NCBI GenBank assembly: GCA_032718475.1
Contig: JAUCBJ010000858.1
Coordinates: 1-61,733 of the forward strand
Direction of reading: 5' to 3'
Length of the DNA stretch: 61,733 nt
Source of the DNA: Nemertoderma westbladi
Lineage: Eukaryota > Animalia > Xenacoelomorpha
Shown here: positions 27,801 to 40,157 of the stretch, in pieces
Position numbering within the stretch: the first letter of the stretch is position 1
Layout: every line of letters begins with the position of its first letter
Position numbers and translations under genes: made by a program
Notes under the pieces: model-generated
The model's database searches: none
Seen by the model: the letters and a program-made list of their open reading frames with translations, nothing else
What the model was told of the DNA's origin: nothing

Positions 27801-30800
27801 GGCAGCGAAAATCGACACAAATAACGGCGGATTAAACTACAAAATAAAACTGTAGCCTGTTCTATTAACTTCCGTTTATTGTGTTGTTTAGAATAACGGG
27901 CCATTGTACAATATCCTGCATGTTCTTTAAAAAAAAATGACCAATTGGGTTCAATTGGGTCCAGGGTTGAATTGGGGCCAGGGTTGAATTGGGTCCAGGG
28001 TAGAATTGGGTCCAGGGTAGAATTGGGACCAGGGTTCAATTGGGGCCAGGGTAGAATTGGGGCCAGGGTTCAATTGGGTCCAGGGTTCAATTGGGGCCAG
28101 GGTTGAATTGGGTCCAGGGTTCAATTGGGTCCAGAGTAGAATTGGGCCAGGGTTGAATTGGGGTCAGGGTTGAATTGGGGTCAGGGTTCAATTACTGGTT
28201 TCATTTTATTTCGCTCTTGAATTCCGGAGGACTACAAGAGTGGAAAATATCGGAGCCTTTTATGTTATAACCTCAGCATTGATATGATCCCATAAAATTA
28301 CATTCCTAATGAAACAAAATCTCACTCCACCATTATAATCAAATGAAAAGGGAGTAGAAACAGCTTCTACAATCATATCTTTATCGGAATCGAAAGTAAA
28401 TACAGTTAATAACTGCGGACCATAGCCGAAAGGATAACTGGAGTAGACCTCCCTGAACAACCAATCACAACCGCAGTAGGACGACCTCGATCGAGACACC
28501 CCCCCAGGTGGCTCCCCTAATACACCGACAGGGGTCGCTACAGATATTGATGTCTCTGTGATAGCAGTGATAGTCGCAGACAGAACCAAAGAGCTGTTGA
28601 GAACAATACTTAGTATCAACAAACATGGTAGGCAGTGGGTTTTATCGTTTTCCTTATATTTTTTGCAGCTAAAATATCCAAGAACACCGACGACAACTAT
28701 TATAATTCCGCCCCAGATTCCAGTACCTATCTCGTTGTTATAGCAACTATAGGTTATAGATAATATCTGAAGAATAAACAACAAGCTACCGGTTGCTACC
28801 ATAGCCAGAGATAGAAAGTGGTGGGGTCGTTGTTGGTTCCATTTCGGAGCTTCGGTTCGTTGCTCTGGCAACTGTGGAATCTGTTGTAGTTGTTGTCCAG
28901 GTGATACATAAACATGCGTAACATGAGGATGAGAAGAAGCCATCTTATTGCTATAAACTAATAAGTATATATAGTTTATCAGAAAAATGACATAGAGTAT
29001 CTCTTATTAGTTTACGATACAATACAATATGTTATGTACGGTTCGTACGATAATAATATATTACCAGTATACCGGTGGAGTAGTCGTAGGTACTGCTGTA
29101 CCTGTACGCCTATACTGTATGTTAAGTAAGTAGGCCTAAGAAATAATTTTTTTTTATTTTCCACCCACCCCGTTTATTCCACCCACCCCGTCTAGAGTAC
29201 ATTTGTCATGCTAGACTTATACTACATTGAATAAATTATATGTGTGGGTTAACAGTACATGACAACCGTGTTTAAGAAAACCTGTGTTCTTAAGTATCGT
29301 TTATTGTTTTGGTTAAAAATGGCCGCCCCTGTAACTTTTATTTTCCCAGAAGAACTTAAAAGGTTAAAATTAGTACAACCTTCTACAATATGCCAAATTA
29401 TTAAATAATCACTTATACTCTTTAAATGGGAAATAATTCTATTGTGTACCGGTATAAGAAATCAATATAAACGCGACCTACATAACATATAAAGCAATTT
29501 AGTTCTTGTAAATTGGAACTATAAAAACGTCATAATAAAGAAATGGCAGTCCATAATAAAGCAAACTGGGGATGTTTTATTAAACTTAACGAATCAAAGA
29601 GAAGTACGAAATATACGTCATAGGAATAGTTGGAATCTAAGATTTAGTTACCATGGTGGCGTTAGCAAGCACTGGGAATGATGTTAAAATCCAACCAATC
29701 GCGTTAGAGTGTATGGTGTGTGGGGCGAGGCATTAGAGTGTATGGTGTGTGGGGCGAGGCATTAGAGTGTATGGTGTGTGGGGCGAGGCATTAGAGTGTA
29801 TGGTGTGTGGGGCGAGGCATTAGAGTGTATGGTGTGTGGGGCGAGGCATTAGAGTGTATGGTGTGTGGGGCGAGGCATTAGAGTGTATGGTGTGTGGGGC
29901 GAGGCATTAGAGTGTATGGTGTGTGGGGCGAGGCATTAGAGTGTATGGTGTGTGGGGCGAGGCATTAGAGTGTATGGTGTGTGGGGCGAGGCATTAGAGT
30001 GTATGGTGTGTGGGGCGAGGCATTAGAGTGTATGGTGTGTGGGGCGAGGCATTAGAGTGTATGGTGTGTGGGGCGAGGCATTAGAGTATATGGTGTGTGG
30101 GGCGAGGCATTAGAGTGTATGGTGTGTGGGGCGAGGCATTAGAGTGTATGGTGTGTGGGGCGAGGCATTAGAGTGTATGGTGTGTGGGGCGAGGCATTAG
30201 AGTGTATGGTGTGTGGGGAGAGGCATTAGAGTATATGGTGTGTGGGGCGAGGCATTAGAGTGTATGGTGTGTGGGGCGAGGCATTAGAGTGTATGGTGTG
30301 TGGGGCGAGGCATTAGAGTGTATGGTGTGTGGGGCGAGGCATTAGAGTGTATGGTGTGTGGGCGAGGCATTAGAGTGTATGGTGTGTGGGGCGAGGCATT
30401 AGAGTGTATGGTGTGTGGGGCGAGGCATTAGAGTGTATGGTGTGTGGGGCGAGCCATTAGAGTGTATGGTGTGTGGGGCGAGGCATTAGAGTGTATGGTG
30501 TGTGGGGCGAGGCATTAGAGTGTATGGTGTGTGGGGCGAGGCATTAGAGTGTATGGTGTGTGGGGCGAGGCATTAGAGTATATGGTGTGTGGGGCGAGGC
30601 ATTAGAGTATATGGTGTGTGGGGCGAGGCATTAGAGTGTATGGTGTGTGGGGCGAGGCATTAGAGTGTATGGTGTGTGGGGCGAGGCATTAGAGTGTATG
30701 GTGTGTGGGGCGAGGCATTAGAGTGTATGGTGTGTGGGGCGAGGCATTAGAGTGTATGGTGTGTGGGGCGAGGCATTAGAGTGTATGGTGTGTGGGGCGA

Positions 30801-33800
30801 GGCATTAGAGTGTATGGTGTGTGGGGCGAGGCATTAGAGTGTATGGTGTGTGGGGCGAGGCATTAGAGTGTATGGTGTGTGGGGCGAGGCATTAGAGTGT
30901 ATGGTGTGTGGGGCGAGGCATTAGAGTGTATGGTGTGTGGGGCGAGGCATTAGAGTGTATGGTGTGTGGGGCGAGGCATTAGAGTGTATGGTGTGTGGGG
31001 CGAGGCATTAGAGTGTATGGTGTGTGGGGCGAGGCATTAGAGTGTATGGTGTGTGGGGCGAGGCATTAGAGTGTATGGTGTGTGGGGCGAGGCATTAGAG
31101 TGTATGGTGTGTGGGGCGAGGCATTAGAGTGTATGGTGTGTGGGGCGAGGCATTAGAGTGTATGGTGTGTGGGGCGAGGCATTAGAGTGTATGGTGTGTG
31201 GGGCGAGGCATTAGAGTGTATGGTGTGTGGGGCGAGGCATTAGAGTGTATGGTGTGTGGGGCGAGGCATTAGAGTGTATGGTGTGTGGGGCGAGGCATTA
31301 GAGTGTATGGTGTGTGGTGCGAGGCACTACATTGGCAGAGCCTCAGCAAAATGACACTGTTAGGGGTGGTGGATTAATAATTGCAAATAATTGACTGTAT
31401 TATTAGAAATAATGCATAGTTAAATACAAATAAAAACATATATAGGCCAACACACCAGTCAGTCACCACACCCCCCCCCCCCCCCCATATTTATAGAAAT
31501 GTTACTGAAATCACATGAGATTTATCACAAAAAAGGGTTTTTGGTATTCTCTCAAAGATTTACTGGTACTGGGTTAGTTAGTTAGATATTTTATTTTTCA
31601 ATTTTTGTCTGTAAGGTTTTTCTTAAAGTGTTTTGCTCCGCCAGTAATACAGCCGATAATTCTCAGATATTTTGCGGAGCGAGCCACGAAGTTTGCAAAG
31701 CCTTAGGGCACTGACACTGTTTGTGGTGGATCAATTTTTGAAAATAGTTTGTCCTTATTGCAGATAGGGGGGAGGGGGGGGAACTGGACGCAATAAAATT
31801 CATCCCTCTCCAGGGGAAATTGGACGCAAATAACAGATGATTACTCTCAAAAATAAAACTGCAACCTGTTCTATTGTGCTTAGTTTATTGTTTTGGTTAA
31901 AATAACGTGCCACTGTTACCTGCTCCTTTCCCTAAATTAAGAATTTTAACATTGAGGCGGGATATTAATTCGCCAAGGCGGGATTTGCGTCCAGGATTAA
32001 CAGTCTCCCGCTAGAGGGCTACATGACACGGAATACCGATTAATTAATTTTGTACACACAACTTATAATTATTTGTAATCAGGGCACATTCACCACCACG
32101 CACCGCGACTTGTACTACATACTTCCTCCCTACTTTATGTAGAACCTTTCAGTAGTTACTCGCATATTTGTAGATAATAAATTCTATGATAAAATATAAT
32201 ATAAATAGTGCCTGGTGGTATTGTGTTTTGTGGTACTCTGGTATTTCAGTATTTTGACCAGGTGTCTACACAGTGTCTGCACCACGTGTCTGCACCACTG
32301 TCTGCACCAGTATCTGCACCAGTGTCTGCACCACTGGCTGCACCACTGTCTGCACCACTGTCTGCACCAGTGTCTGCACCAGTGTCTGCACCACTGTCTG
32401 CACCAGTGTCTGCACCACTGTCTGCACCAGTGTCTGCACCAGTGTCTGCACCAGTGTCTGCACCAGTGTCTGCACCACTGTCTGCACCAGTGTCTGCACC
32501 AGTGTCTGCACCACTGTCTGCACCAGTGTCTGCACCAGTGTCTGCACCGGTGTCTGCATCAATGTCTGCACCACTGTCTGCACCACTGTCTGCACCACGG
32601 TGTGCACCAGTGTCTGCACCAGTGTCTGCACCACTGTGTGCACCAGTGTATGGATCAATGTCTGCACCACTGTCTGCACCAGTGTCTGTACCAGAGTCTG
32701 CACCAGTGTCTGCACCACTGTCTGCACCAGTGTCTGCACCAGTGTCTGCACCACTGTCTGCACCACTGTCTGCACCACTGTCTGCACCAGTGTCTGCACC
32801 AGTGTCTGCACCACTGTGATGCACCAGTGTCTGCACCAGTGTCTGCACCACTGTCTGCACCACTGTCTGCACCACTGTCTGCACCAGTGTCTGCACCACT
32901 GTCTGCACCAGTGTCTGCACCACTGTCTGCACCACTGTCTGCACCACTGTCTGCACCAGTGTCTGACGTGTATGCACCACTGTCTGCACCACTGTCTGCA
33001 CCAGTGTCTGCACCAGTCTCTGCACCAGTGTCAGCACCACTGTCTGCACCAGTGTCTGCACCAGTGTCTGCACCACTGTGCTGCACCAGTGTCTGCACCA
33101 CTGACTGCACCAGTGTCTGCACCACTGTCTGCACCAGTGTCTGCACCAGTGTCTGCACCAGTGTCTGCACCACTGTCTGCACCAGCTGTCTGCACCACTG
33201 TCTGCACCACGGTCTGCACCAGTGTCTGCACCACTGTGTGCATCAGTGTCTGCACCACTGTCTGCACCACTGTCTGCACCAGTGTCTGCACCACTGTGTG
33301 CACCAGTGTCTGCACCACTGTCTGCACCACTGTCTGCACCACTGTCTGCACAAGTGTTTGCACCAGTGTCTGCACCAGTGTCTGCACCACTGCCTGCACC
33401 AGGTGTCTGCACCACGTGTCTACACCACTGTGTGCACCAGTGTCTGCACCACTGTCTACACCACTGCCCCTCTGCACCAGTGTCTGCACCACATGTCTGC
33501 ACCACGTGTCTCCCGCCTGCACCAGTGTCTGCACCACTGTGTGCACCACTGTCTGCACCAGTGTCTGCACCAGTGTCTGCACCAGTGTCTGCACCACGTG
33601 TCTGCACCAGTATCTGCACCACTGTCTGCACCACTGTCTGCACCACTGTCAGCACAAGTGTTTGCACCAGTGTCTGCACCAGTGTCTGCACCACTGTCTG
33701 CACCAGGTGTCTGCACCAGTGTCTGCACCACGTGTCTACACCACTGTGTGCACCAGTGTCTGCACCACTGTCTACACCACTGTCTGCACCAGTGTCTGCA

Positions 33801-36800
33801 CCACATGTCTGCACCACGTGTCTGCCTGCACCAGTGTCTGCACCACTGTCTACACCACTGTCTGCACCAGTGTCTGCACCAGTGTCTGCACCACGGTCTG
33901 CACCAGTGTCTGCACCACTGTCTGCACCAGGTGTCTACACCACTGTGTGCACCACGGTCTGCACCAGTGTCTGCACCACTGCCTGCACCAGTGTCCGCAC
34001 CAGTGTCTGCACCACTGTCTGTACAACTGTCTGCACCAGGTGTCTGCACCAGTGTCTGCTTAACGTTTACACCTAGTTCAATCCTACTTTGACTAATAGC
34101 ATAATAACTCAAGCATTTTTCACAAAAAAAGCTTTAAATACGGTTTCACAAAATGTTAATTTTTATGTAGCTTTGTAATGTTAAAATTTTGGAATAAAAC
34201 TAAAGGTACAACATACACAATATTAAAATACTCACATCTGAATTGTACTATCCCAATCCATTCAATATTTAATCTTAATGTAACAAACCGTTCTCAACAA
34301 CAAATTGTAGAGTGCCAATTTACATACATAAATTTTTTGAAATATTAAGCATTATCTTCTTTCTACGAAGAACATTTTTCTAATAGTAGCCTAACCAATA
34401 AATAATTGAAATTTTTTTTATTCGACATTTTGGTAAATAATCGAAAGTCATCGATAATCGATCGAAAATTTCAGGAAATAGAGGTACTTAGTGTAGAACA
34501 AGTATGTACCGTATAGTTTCAATACAAAATAGTAACATTGGAAAGGATTACTGATAAAAAAAATACTACAAATAGAAATAAAACTTTTGTTATTTAAAAA
34601 AAGACACTCTCTAACTCGAAACCTCTACTTAAGGGCACGTGTTTGTGATAAAAATTGAAAAAAACTAAATTTTTTTACGGATTCTGGGACAAAATTTAAT
34701 GGCGATTTCTAAACTGAAAACCACACAGCGAAATCTCTTTCAGTTCTCAAGTTATAGCTGTCTGTTTGTCTGTCAGTCGGTCAGTCTGACAAAATTAATG
34801 AAACACATGCAATGTACAATTTACGCTATGGGATTTTTCCTGTTTATTGATCATATTTCAATGTCATTTTTAATGTTTCATGTATTCTAGATTATCTGTC
34901 GGTCTTTCTGCCTGCCTGCCTGCCTGCATGTCTGTCTGTAAGTCAAAAATAATGAATGAAATACACAACTGAAAATGTTGTTGTAGGGGGTTTCCTGGTC
35001 TATGATTAAATTTCTGATGTCTGTTTTAACGGTTAAAGGATTCTAGATGGTCTATTAGGATGTCTGTCCGTCTGTTATATTTTATCGGACAGACCGACAT
35101 GTATACAAACCAACACAAAGCCATTAGATTCGAATACTGACATCAGAAATGGAATCACCGACCAGGAAAACCCCTTTAACTAAAATGTTAGCGAGGTCGC
35201 TTCATTTCCTAAATTTCAACTGACAGGCGACAGATTGTCTGATAAACAGACAGACTGACAGTCTGGAATTCATCAACGTTAAAACTGACATCGGAAATGC
35301 AATCACCATCCCCAGAAAACCCCCATATCGAAAATTTTAGTTTGGAAGGATTCTTCCTTATTTTTTCAATACAATTTGAATTATCCCTCCATTTAACATA
35401 AAATGGCGGGAAGGTTTGAAAACTTTAAAGGGCTTTATCTCAGAATTTTATTTTTCGATTTTATTTTTCACTCATGTACCTGTTTCACTGGAACGACTGG
35501 ACCAAATTGCATGAATTGAATTGCATTTCCAGTATATGTTCTTCTACTAATCCTTCACAGGTGGTACCCAAGGTGTACTAAATAACAGGTCATGCAGCGA
35601 GCTGATTGCTGAAATTAGCGTGGGCCGATCGTTTCCCTATTTATGACACTATTTTCATAAAATTTTCTTAGAAACCTCTCTTATGCAACTTTGGTTAGGT
35701 GGATATGATGACTAGGGTTCATAGAAATGTAATAAACTGTCTTTCTGGAATTTTTATCTTGTAGTTGCCAAGGTAACCGGTTGCAAAGTTCAAACTTTGC
35801 GCGCCTGTAATTCAAAACGACAAGGGATTCTGTTCTTGAGATTTAGTATATGAGTAAAGGGAATAAAAGTCTATAAAAGATTTTACATTTAATTTTTTTT
35901 CAATCCCGTTTCCGTGGTGACGGGAATTACGATAATTTCCCATTATGACCGCCAGATAGAAATTGGGCTACTATTTACTACTTATATAATTTTCAACAAA
36001 CATGCCTGGTGGCTGTCCTTTATTTCTAATATTTGCTAACCGAAATTTAATATTCTGGAATGTCAAAATCATGCTGTCAAAGGTCTTGCTCTCTGATTGG
36101 ACAGTTTAGTTTATTTGCAAATATTGACTTTTAGAAATATGATTCACAATTGACGAATTATAAAATAAAATGTTGGCAATTTTAACTTATTATTTAGACT
36201 GACAAACCGAATAAAAATGGTGTTTTATAGATTTGGTAGACAATTTTCAAAATTTTTCATTCTACTTATTTCCATGGCAACGGGAATGTAAACAAATTCA
36301 AATGTAAAATATTTTGATAGACTTTTATTCCCTTTAATCACCTACCAAATCTCAAGGGGCACTGGCATTCCATTTTTTCTTCTATTTCATCTAGGGCAGG
36401 TTTTTATCAAGAATCCAAATATGAGAACCGTTTAGCCAACATACAATTTGGAAGACAACAAATGTTAAATCTGACACTCGAATCGAAATGAAGTCTGCTT
36501 CTGCAACCAGGAAATCCCCTATAACTAAACTTTTAGCGAGAAGGTGTTCCCCTTTTTAATATTTAACGGACAGATTGTCGGATAGTCAGAAAGACCGACA
36601 GACAAACAAACAGACTAACTAGATTTACTTAAAAGTGAAATCTGACCTCAGAAATGCAATCAGCCACAAGGAAAACCCCCGCAGCAATAATCTTACCTAG
36701 GTTTTGTGGTTTCGTGTTGCTATGTATATATACATTCATTTTACATACATTCACATTACCAGTTATTCGTACGAATGGTATTTTGGCCCTGGCCGCTAAG

Positions 36801-38149
36801 GGGCGTGTCCAGGTCCACCCAAAATGCATCTTACACTTTTTTAAACTTATTGGCTTTTTGGTGCATTTCAAAATGTTGACTTCCAAGCCAGTAACCCCAC
36901 CCCCCCCCCCCCCCCCCCCCCCTCCTTAATCATCAACTAACCCTTACAAAATCGTAAGCTCTCGTCAAACATATAAACTTACCCTCTCTAACTCGTAAGC
37001 TCTTGTCTTATCTTCATCCACATCAGCTTTCTTACGGTAAGCTAACGATAATCCCCAGACAGCGAGGATCCCGTAAACATTGTCTCGTACCCACGAGTGT
37101 CCGTCCACCCCAATGAGACCAGTGATCGGGTCCTACAATGTATATATATATATAAAACCAATATACATTACACTGTAGGAATATGTTGTAGCAGTCAATT
37201 AGATCACAGTAGTTCAATATACATGAACATTAGGGTAGAATTGTATTTGGTCGTAAGAACACAGAAAACATTGATTAATGAGATACGACAAACATCACCG
37301 AGCTCTGTACTAAAATTGTTTTAACTTTTTAAAATTACTATTTATTACATGGTAAACAATTTAGAACACGGTTGTGTTGTGGGGCAGGACCAACTCTGGT
37401 TTATCCTTTTCAGACATTTGACTGACTACGTGTGTAGGCCTACCAAGTTTATGGTTAAAATTCAAAGATGGACTGAGTTATTAGCTTTCAAACATGTGTC
37501 GACAAATGTTATATTAAGCTTTTCCAGCTTTCCAGCTTTCAAGAGATTCGTTAACGAAAATGTCATTTACATGCAATACATGTTCTATTTTTAAATTTCC
37601 ACAATTTTCACGAAATTATTATACGGTATTGTGCCTGTGTTATGCGACACAATTGAAAACGATGGTAAAACTAATTTTACCGATGCGTGGCCAGATATAA
37701 AATGACATTATCGTTTTAAGGACTAAGGTATTTGTGATTTTGTTGTCCACGTTACAGAACACTACCATTACTGGACAAGGACATATCGTTGGTGTCCTGT
37801 CCTGAACAAGGGTTCACTGTGTCAAGTACAATGCACACATCTCCTCAAGCAGACTCTATATAATATTGGAGATGTTCCATTGGTCCCCCAAGCTTGTCAC
37901 TTGAACAACTTGTCACTGTAACTTTTCCTCCCCTCTTTCTGGGTTGTTTAAACATCAAAACATAAATAGTACCAGACAGACAGAATCAACAATTAATTGT
38001 AGATTCAGTACCGGTACCGGTAAGTTCGTAGGCCCTAGGTACATGACAGCATGACTAATTCACTAATTTACCTGGTTTATTAAAATAGTTTTGGAGACCT
38101 CGCGGTAATAGAAATCCAATCTTAAACCCGAATTGCTTCTGGTTCGCAT
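3980..38149 (-). CDS. PHKA: Phosphorylase b kinase regulatory subunit alpha, 5' part (13 exon positions, about 594 aa); gene continues beyond the left edge
   Basis: Phase-compatible GT-AG exons splice into one frame: [12 protein letters not shown]...WVRDNVY...[10 protein letters not shown]...[16 protein letters not shown]...[11 protein letters not shown]...[11 protein letters not shown]...GEIDPLNRR...LSGRP...FYLALD, all characteristic of PHKA1/PHKA2. Confidence 0.95.
5631..5811. mobile_element. PIF/Harbinger-type MITE (181 bp)
   Basis: 25-bp TIRs GGGG(T/C)CATCCATAAATGACGTCACG with one mismatch; TAA TSD at 5628-5630 and 5812-5814. Confidence 0.88.
6267..6342 (-). CDS. PHKA: PHKA exon 13a, mutually exclusive candidate ([26 protein letters not shown])
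   Basis: TTTTAG acceptor, 76 nt, phase 1/2, weak donor GTGGGC; resembles the LRKM..GY.GGAR segment of PHKA. Confidence 0.75.
6386..6748. repeat. 40-bp perfect tandem repeat, 9 copies
   Basis: Unit AATATTATAACGCCAGATACACCATTACCCGTTATAGTGT. Confidence 0.96.
7219..7363 (-). CDS. PHKA: PHKA exon 12 ([12 protein letters not shown]...[14 protein letters not shown])
   Basis: 145 nt, phase 0/1, donor GTAAGT. Confidence 0.93.
7500..9045 (-). mobile_element. Decayed non-LTR retrotransposon (RTE-like LINE) in PHKA intron 11, central RT deleted
   Basis: VPVPKKG...[22 protein letters not shown]...[10 protein letters not shown] and [21 protein letters not shown]...[10 protein letters not shown]; QGD/YADD core absent. 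Boundaries approximate. Confidence 0.85.
9055..9164 (-). CDS. PHKA: PHKA exon 11 ([25 protein letters not shown]...FIPQ)
   Basis: 110 nt, phase 1/0, donor GTAAGT. Confidence 0.93.
9213..10244 (-). repeat. 49-bp tandem array (about 21 copies) of the exon 10 / intron 10 donor junction
   Basis: Minus-strand unit CCAGTATCCTAT(C/A)GGAACTCTATGCCGAACTGG|GTAAGTTAGGCAACGG. Confidence 0.95.
10212..10346 (-). CDS. PHKA: PHKA exon 10 ([14 protein letters not shown]...[14 protein letters not shown])
   Basis: 135 nt, phase 1/1. The donor is the first unit of the 49-bp array. Confidence 0.93.
10385..16795 (-). repeat. 24-bp satellite (about 265 copies) of the exon 9 / intron 9 donor junction
   Basis: Minus-strand unit ATGGTTCAGG|GTAAGTTAGTTGTA. 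Confidence 0.96.
16786..16864 (-). CDS. PHKA: PHKA exon 9 ([26 protein letters not shown])
   Basis: 79 nt, phase 0/1. The donor is the first unit of the 24-bp satellite. Confidence 0.93.
16996..18097 (+). mobile_element. 5'-truncated LINE (RT C-terminal half, 3' UTR, poly-A) inserted in the 22-bp array
   Basis: [24 protein letters not shown], then frameshifts; A-tail near 18080-18096; candidate TSD TACATCCTGCAGT at 16983-16995 and 18098-18110. Confidence 0.88.
18098..19644 (-). repeat. 22-bp minisatellite (about 70 copies) resembling the exon 8 / intron 8 donor junction
   Basis: Minus-strand unit TTGCTGCAGGAT|GTAAGTTTAT versus the real junction TTGCTGCACGAT|GTTAGTTTTTAT; degenerate copies also at about 16935-16995. 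Confidence 0.9.
19633..19836 (-). CDS. PHKA: PHKA exon 8 (VALYQKKL...[17 protein letters not shown])
   Basis: 204 nt, phase 0/0. The acceptor is the last of 14 tandem copies; donor GTTAGT. Confidence 0.92.
19824..20313 (-). repeat. 35-bp tandem array (14 copies) of the intron 7 / exon 8 acceptor junction
   Basis: Minus-strand unit GGGAGGTTCTTCTTTCCTTTAG|GTCGCTCTTTATC. Confidence 0.96.
20462..20584 (-). CDS. PHKA: PHKA exon 7 ([26 protein letters not shown]...DEQ)
   Basis: 123 nt, phase 0/0. Confidence 0.95.
20925..21083 (-). CDS. PHKA: PHKA exon 6 ([15 protein letters not shown]...[16 protein letters not shown])
   Basis: 159 nt, phase 0/0. Confidence 0.95.
21684..21835 (-). CDS. PHKA: PHKA exon 5 ([17 protein letters not shown]...LPRESCSK)
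   Basis: 152 nt, phase 1/0, canonical sites. Confidence 0.95.
21934..22086 (-). CDS. PHKA: PHKA exon 4 ([11 protein letters not shown]...[24 protein letters not shown])
   Basis: 153 nt, phase 1/1, canonical sites. Confidence 0.95.
   Translation of the reverse strand, partial: DYRSYTLSTRSLSSRTSYSTSRTLTGHPTSVSGRGERKPTTVRLNSMPVL
22335..24470. repeat. 16-bp minisatellite, about 130 copies, in PHKA intron 3
   Basis: Unit ACAGCTATACTGCTGC with variants. Confidence 0.95.
24581..24797 (-). CDS. PHKA: PHKA exon 3 ([14 protein letters not shown]...[22 protein letters not shown])
   Basis: CAG acceptor, 217 nt, GT donor, phase 0/1. Confidence 0.95.
27076..28943 (-). CDS. Nested MS4A/CD20-like four-transmembrane protein, probably two coding exons (about 28943-28331 and 27695-27076)
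   Basis: The first ORF has three hydrophobic helices including [17 protein letters not shown]. The second has a fourth helix followed by CCRRR, a Gly/Pro repeat tail and PPTY. The frame is open from an AG acceptor at 27696; the exact donor is uncertain. Confidence 0.62.
27943..28192. repeat. 19-20-bp tandem repeat, about 13 copies
   Basis: Unit approximately CCAGGGTTGAATTGGG(T/G). Confidence 0.9.
29704..31326. repeat. 29-bp highly homogeneous minisatellite, about 56 copies
   Basis: Unit GCATTAGAGTGTATGGTGTGTGGGGCGAG. Confidence 0.97.
31770..31935. mobile_element. Copy of a dispersed non-autonomous DNA-element family
   Basis: Shared block AAAATAAAACT...TTCTATT...GTTTATTGTTTTGGTT.AAATAACGTGCCACTGT.ACCTGCTCCTTT. 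Related copies at about 21441-21534, 27765-27930, 29299-29340 and, reversed, 38669-38850. Confidence 0.6.
32262..34058. repeat. 12-bp minisatellite, about 150 copies
   Basis: Unit TGTCTGCACCA(G/C). Confidence 0.96.
34620..36690. mobile_element. Degenerate non-autonomous DNA-transposon-like region with inverted blocks and GTCT/AGAC microsatellites
   Basis: Inverted similarity between about 35835-35920 and 36270-36357; recurring GACA/TGTC tracts and ...AGGAAAACCCC... motifs in both orientations. Confidence 0.45.
36983..37132 (-). CDS. PHKA: PHKA exon 2 (DPITGLIG...[37 protein letters not shown])
   Basis: TAG acceptor, 150 nt, GTAAGT donor, phase 0/0. Confidence 0.95.
38072..38149 (-). CDS. 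PHKA: PHKA coding exon 1 ([26 protein letters not shown])
   Basis: ATG at 38149, 78 nt, donor GTAAAT; matches the MRSRSNSGVRLD N-terminus of PHKA. Confidence 0.93.
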
Positions 38150-39892
38150 TATTTATTGTGGTTAACTTTTAACTATATCCTCCTGGCCACTTCCCACTTC
38201 AGACAGTCAGGCGCTCGATCCTCGATATATTCTTAAATTCAATTATTGTTTATTATACAGTCATAACAGCATTATAATATTATACGATTATGGATTATGT
38301 TAAAGCCACACAGCCACAGCCAGACAGCCTATCAGCCTATACACTATATAGGCAGATAGGTCTAATTATTGGGATAATCCAGTAATCATTGTATATTTTC
38401 GTTGAGTTACTGAGTTAGGGCTTATTGTAATTGAGAGGTCGTAGGCCTACAATCTACATTCAGTGATTCAGACATTGTACATGATCTGATGATTTCATAG
38501 TGCAGTAGTGCCAGGGCCTATTCCCTGTTATTATTTAGCGATACTGGATACATGACCGAACGTAATCAGGATCGAATGTAACCGCATTTATGTTACATTG
38601 GATCCTATAACTATGTTACATTCGATCTACAAATTACTAAGCCCGAATGTAACATTGCCATTTGAACTGAAGGAGCAGGTTACAGAGCAGCAGAGGCGTG
38701 TTGCCGAAACCGAAAGTTAACACATTGTACAAGATTATGCAGGTTAGCCTACTTTTATTTAAAGGAGCAGGTTACAGAGGCGTGTTGGTGGAACCAAAAC
38801 AATAAACGAAAGTTAACTACCGGTAGGACTAAATTTTTTCAGTTTTGCAGTTACGGTATCCCAGTATCCTGTGTCCTACAGCACCACACTGACTGACTGA
38901 CAGATACACAGTACTGTGTAATGGTTACAGTACAACACTACAGCATTACCCTACCAGCCTGCATTACCAGTACAGTACATCAAGTCGACAGTACTGCAGT
39001 AGGCATGCAGGCCTATTCGCCTATGCCAACAACCAGACAACTGAACAAGTACAGAAGTAGCAGAAGAGAGACACACTTACTTTTGTTTGTTTATTTATAT
39101 TGAATACCGGCGGTAAATTCAAACCTTAATCTGACAAACTGGAAACTAGAAAAGTCAGCAATCTGGCTGTAAACGAATTTGCTTAAGCCTAATGTTTATA
39201 GACTCAATAATATAATAATAATATATACTGTAGGACTTAGCCCAGAAGATGAATTCCAATATACTTAATATATAATTTTATAGTATTGTACTTTGTTGTT
39301 TTATGAAATTTTATTGAATTTTTAGTCTTTTAGTAAATATTGTACATTATAATAATTTTAATCCAATAATTTACAGGAACTGTTTGTTATTTTTGTGAAT
39401 CTTACGTGACTAAATAGCTAAACCATTATAAATACAAGCACGTTGTCACAATTCTATAGTACTTAGTTCTGTTATTTTTATGAAATTTTATTGAATTGGC
39501 CTACTGTACGTGTACATTATACTTAATTTATTGCATAGACAATACACTTTACTGTATGATTTATACAATGAGATATTGCATGACGTTTTATTTGTTTAAC
39601 ATTTTAAGTAAATAGTGTACATAAATAATGTAAGCGATTCTAGACATGTGTTGTATTTTGTACAATATAAACTATTACAATCTTATTATATAGGGCCTGC
39701 TGTATAAATGCAATACTGTAAGATATTATAGATACATTTGTGCGTTGTAAACTCACTAGGGGGCGACCCCGTCACGTTATCGTGTAAATCCATAATAATA
39801 ATAATAATAATAATACCCCCCCCCCCCCCCTCCCCCCATGTAAAGTTTCCCAAGATGGGAAAGTACTGGATTCAATTCCGGCAGCCCGTATA

Positions 39893-40042
39893 TACGGAAA
39901 CGCCATAATAGCCATGTCGCACAAAAACCTCCATCGATGTCACGCGCTCAAACTTCAAATGTTATTACACGGAAATGGCTTGAAGTTTGCGCGCGTCACA
40001 TGGAAGTTTGCGCGCGCGATATGGCCGATATGGGCTTCCGTA
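39893..40042. mobile_element. Imperfect palindromic MITE, about 150 bp
   Basis: TACGGAA...CAAACTTCAA on the left mirrors TTGAAGTTTG...TTCCGTA on the right. Confidence 0.65.
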
Positions 40043-40157
40043 CGGATCAGATCTTTTTGAGTCTATAAAAAAATTAATTGTAATTTATAGAGATCAAATT
40101 CAAATAATTAAAACTTGGAATTGGGTGTCATCATTGTCGTGAGTGTCGTTATCGGGC

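Noticed and set aside
22335-34058. 16-, 29- and 12-bp arrays as further splice-junction arrays
   Set aside because: Their units match no neighbouring exon boundary, which shows that arrays also arise away from junctions here. The same holds for the 26- and 40-mers.
32208-34112. His/Cys-rich, SAPV and CTSV ORFs on both strands
   Set aside because: All frames of a 12-bp repeat are open by chance and indels switch frames freely.
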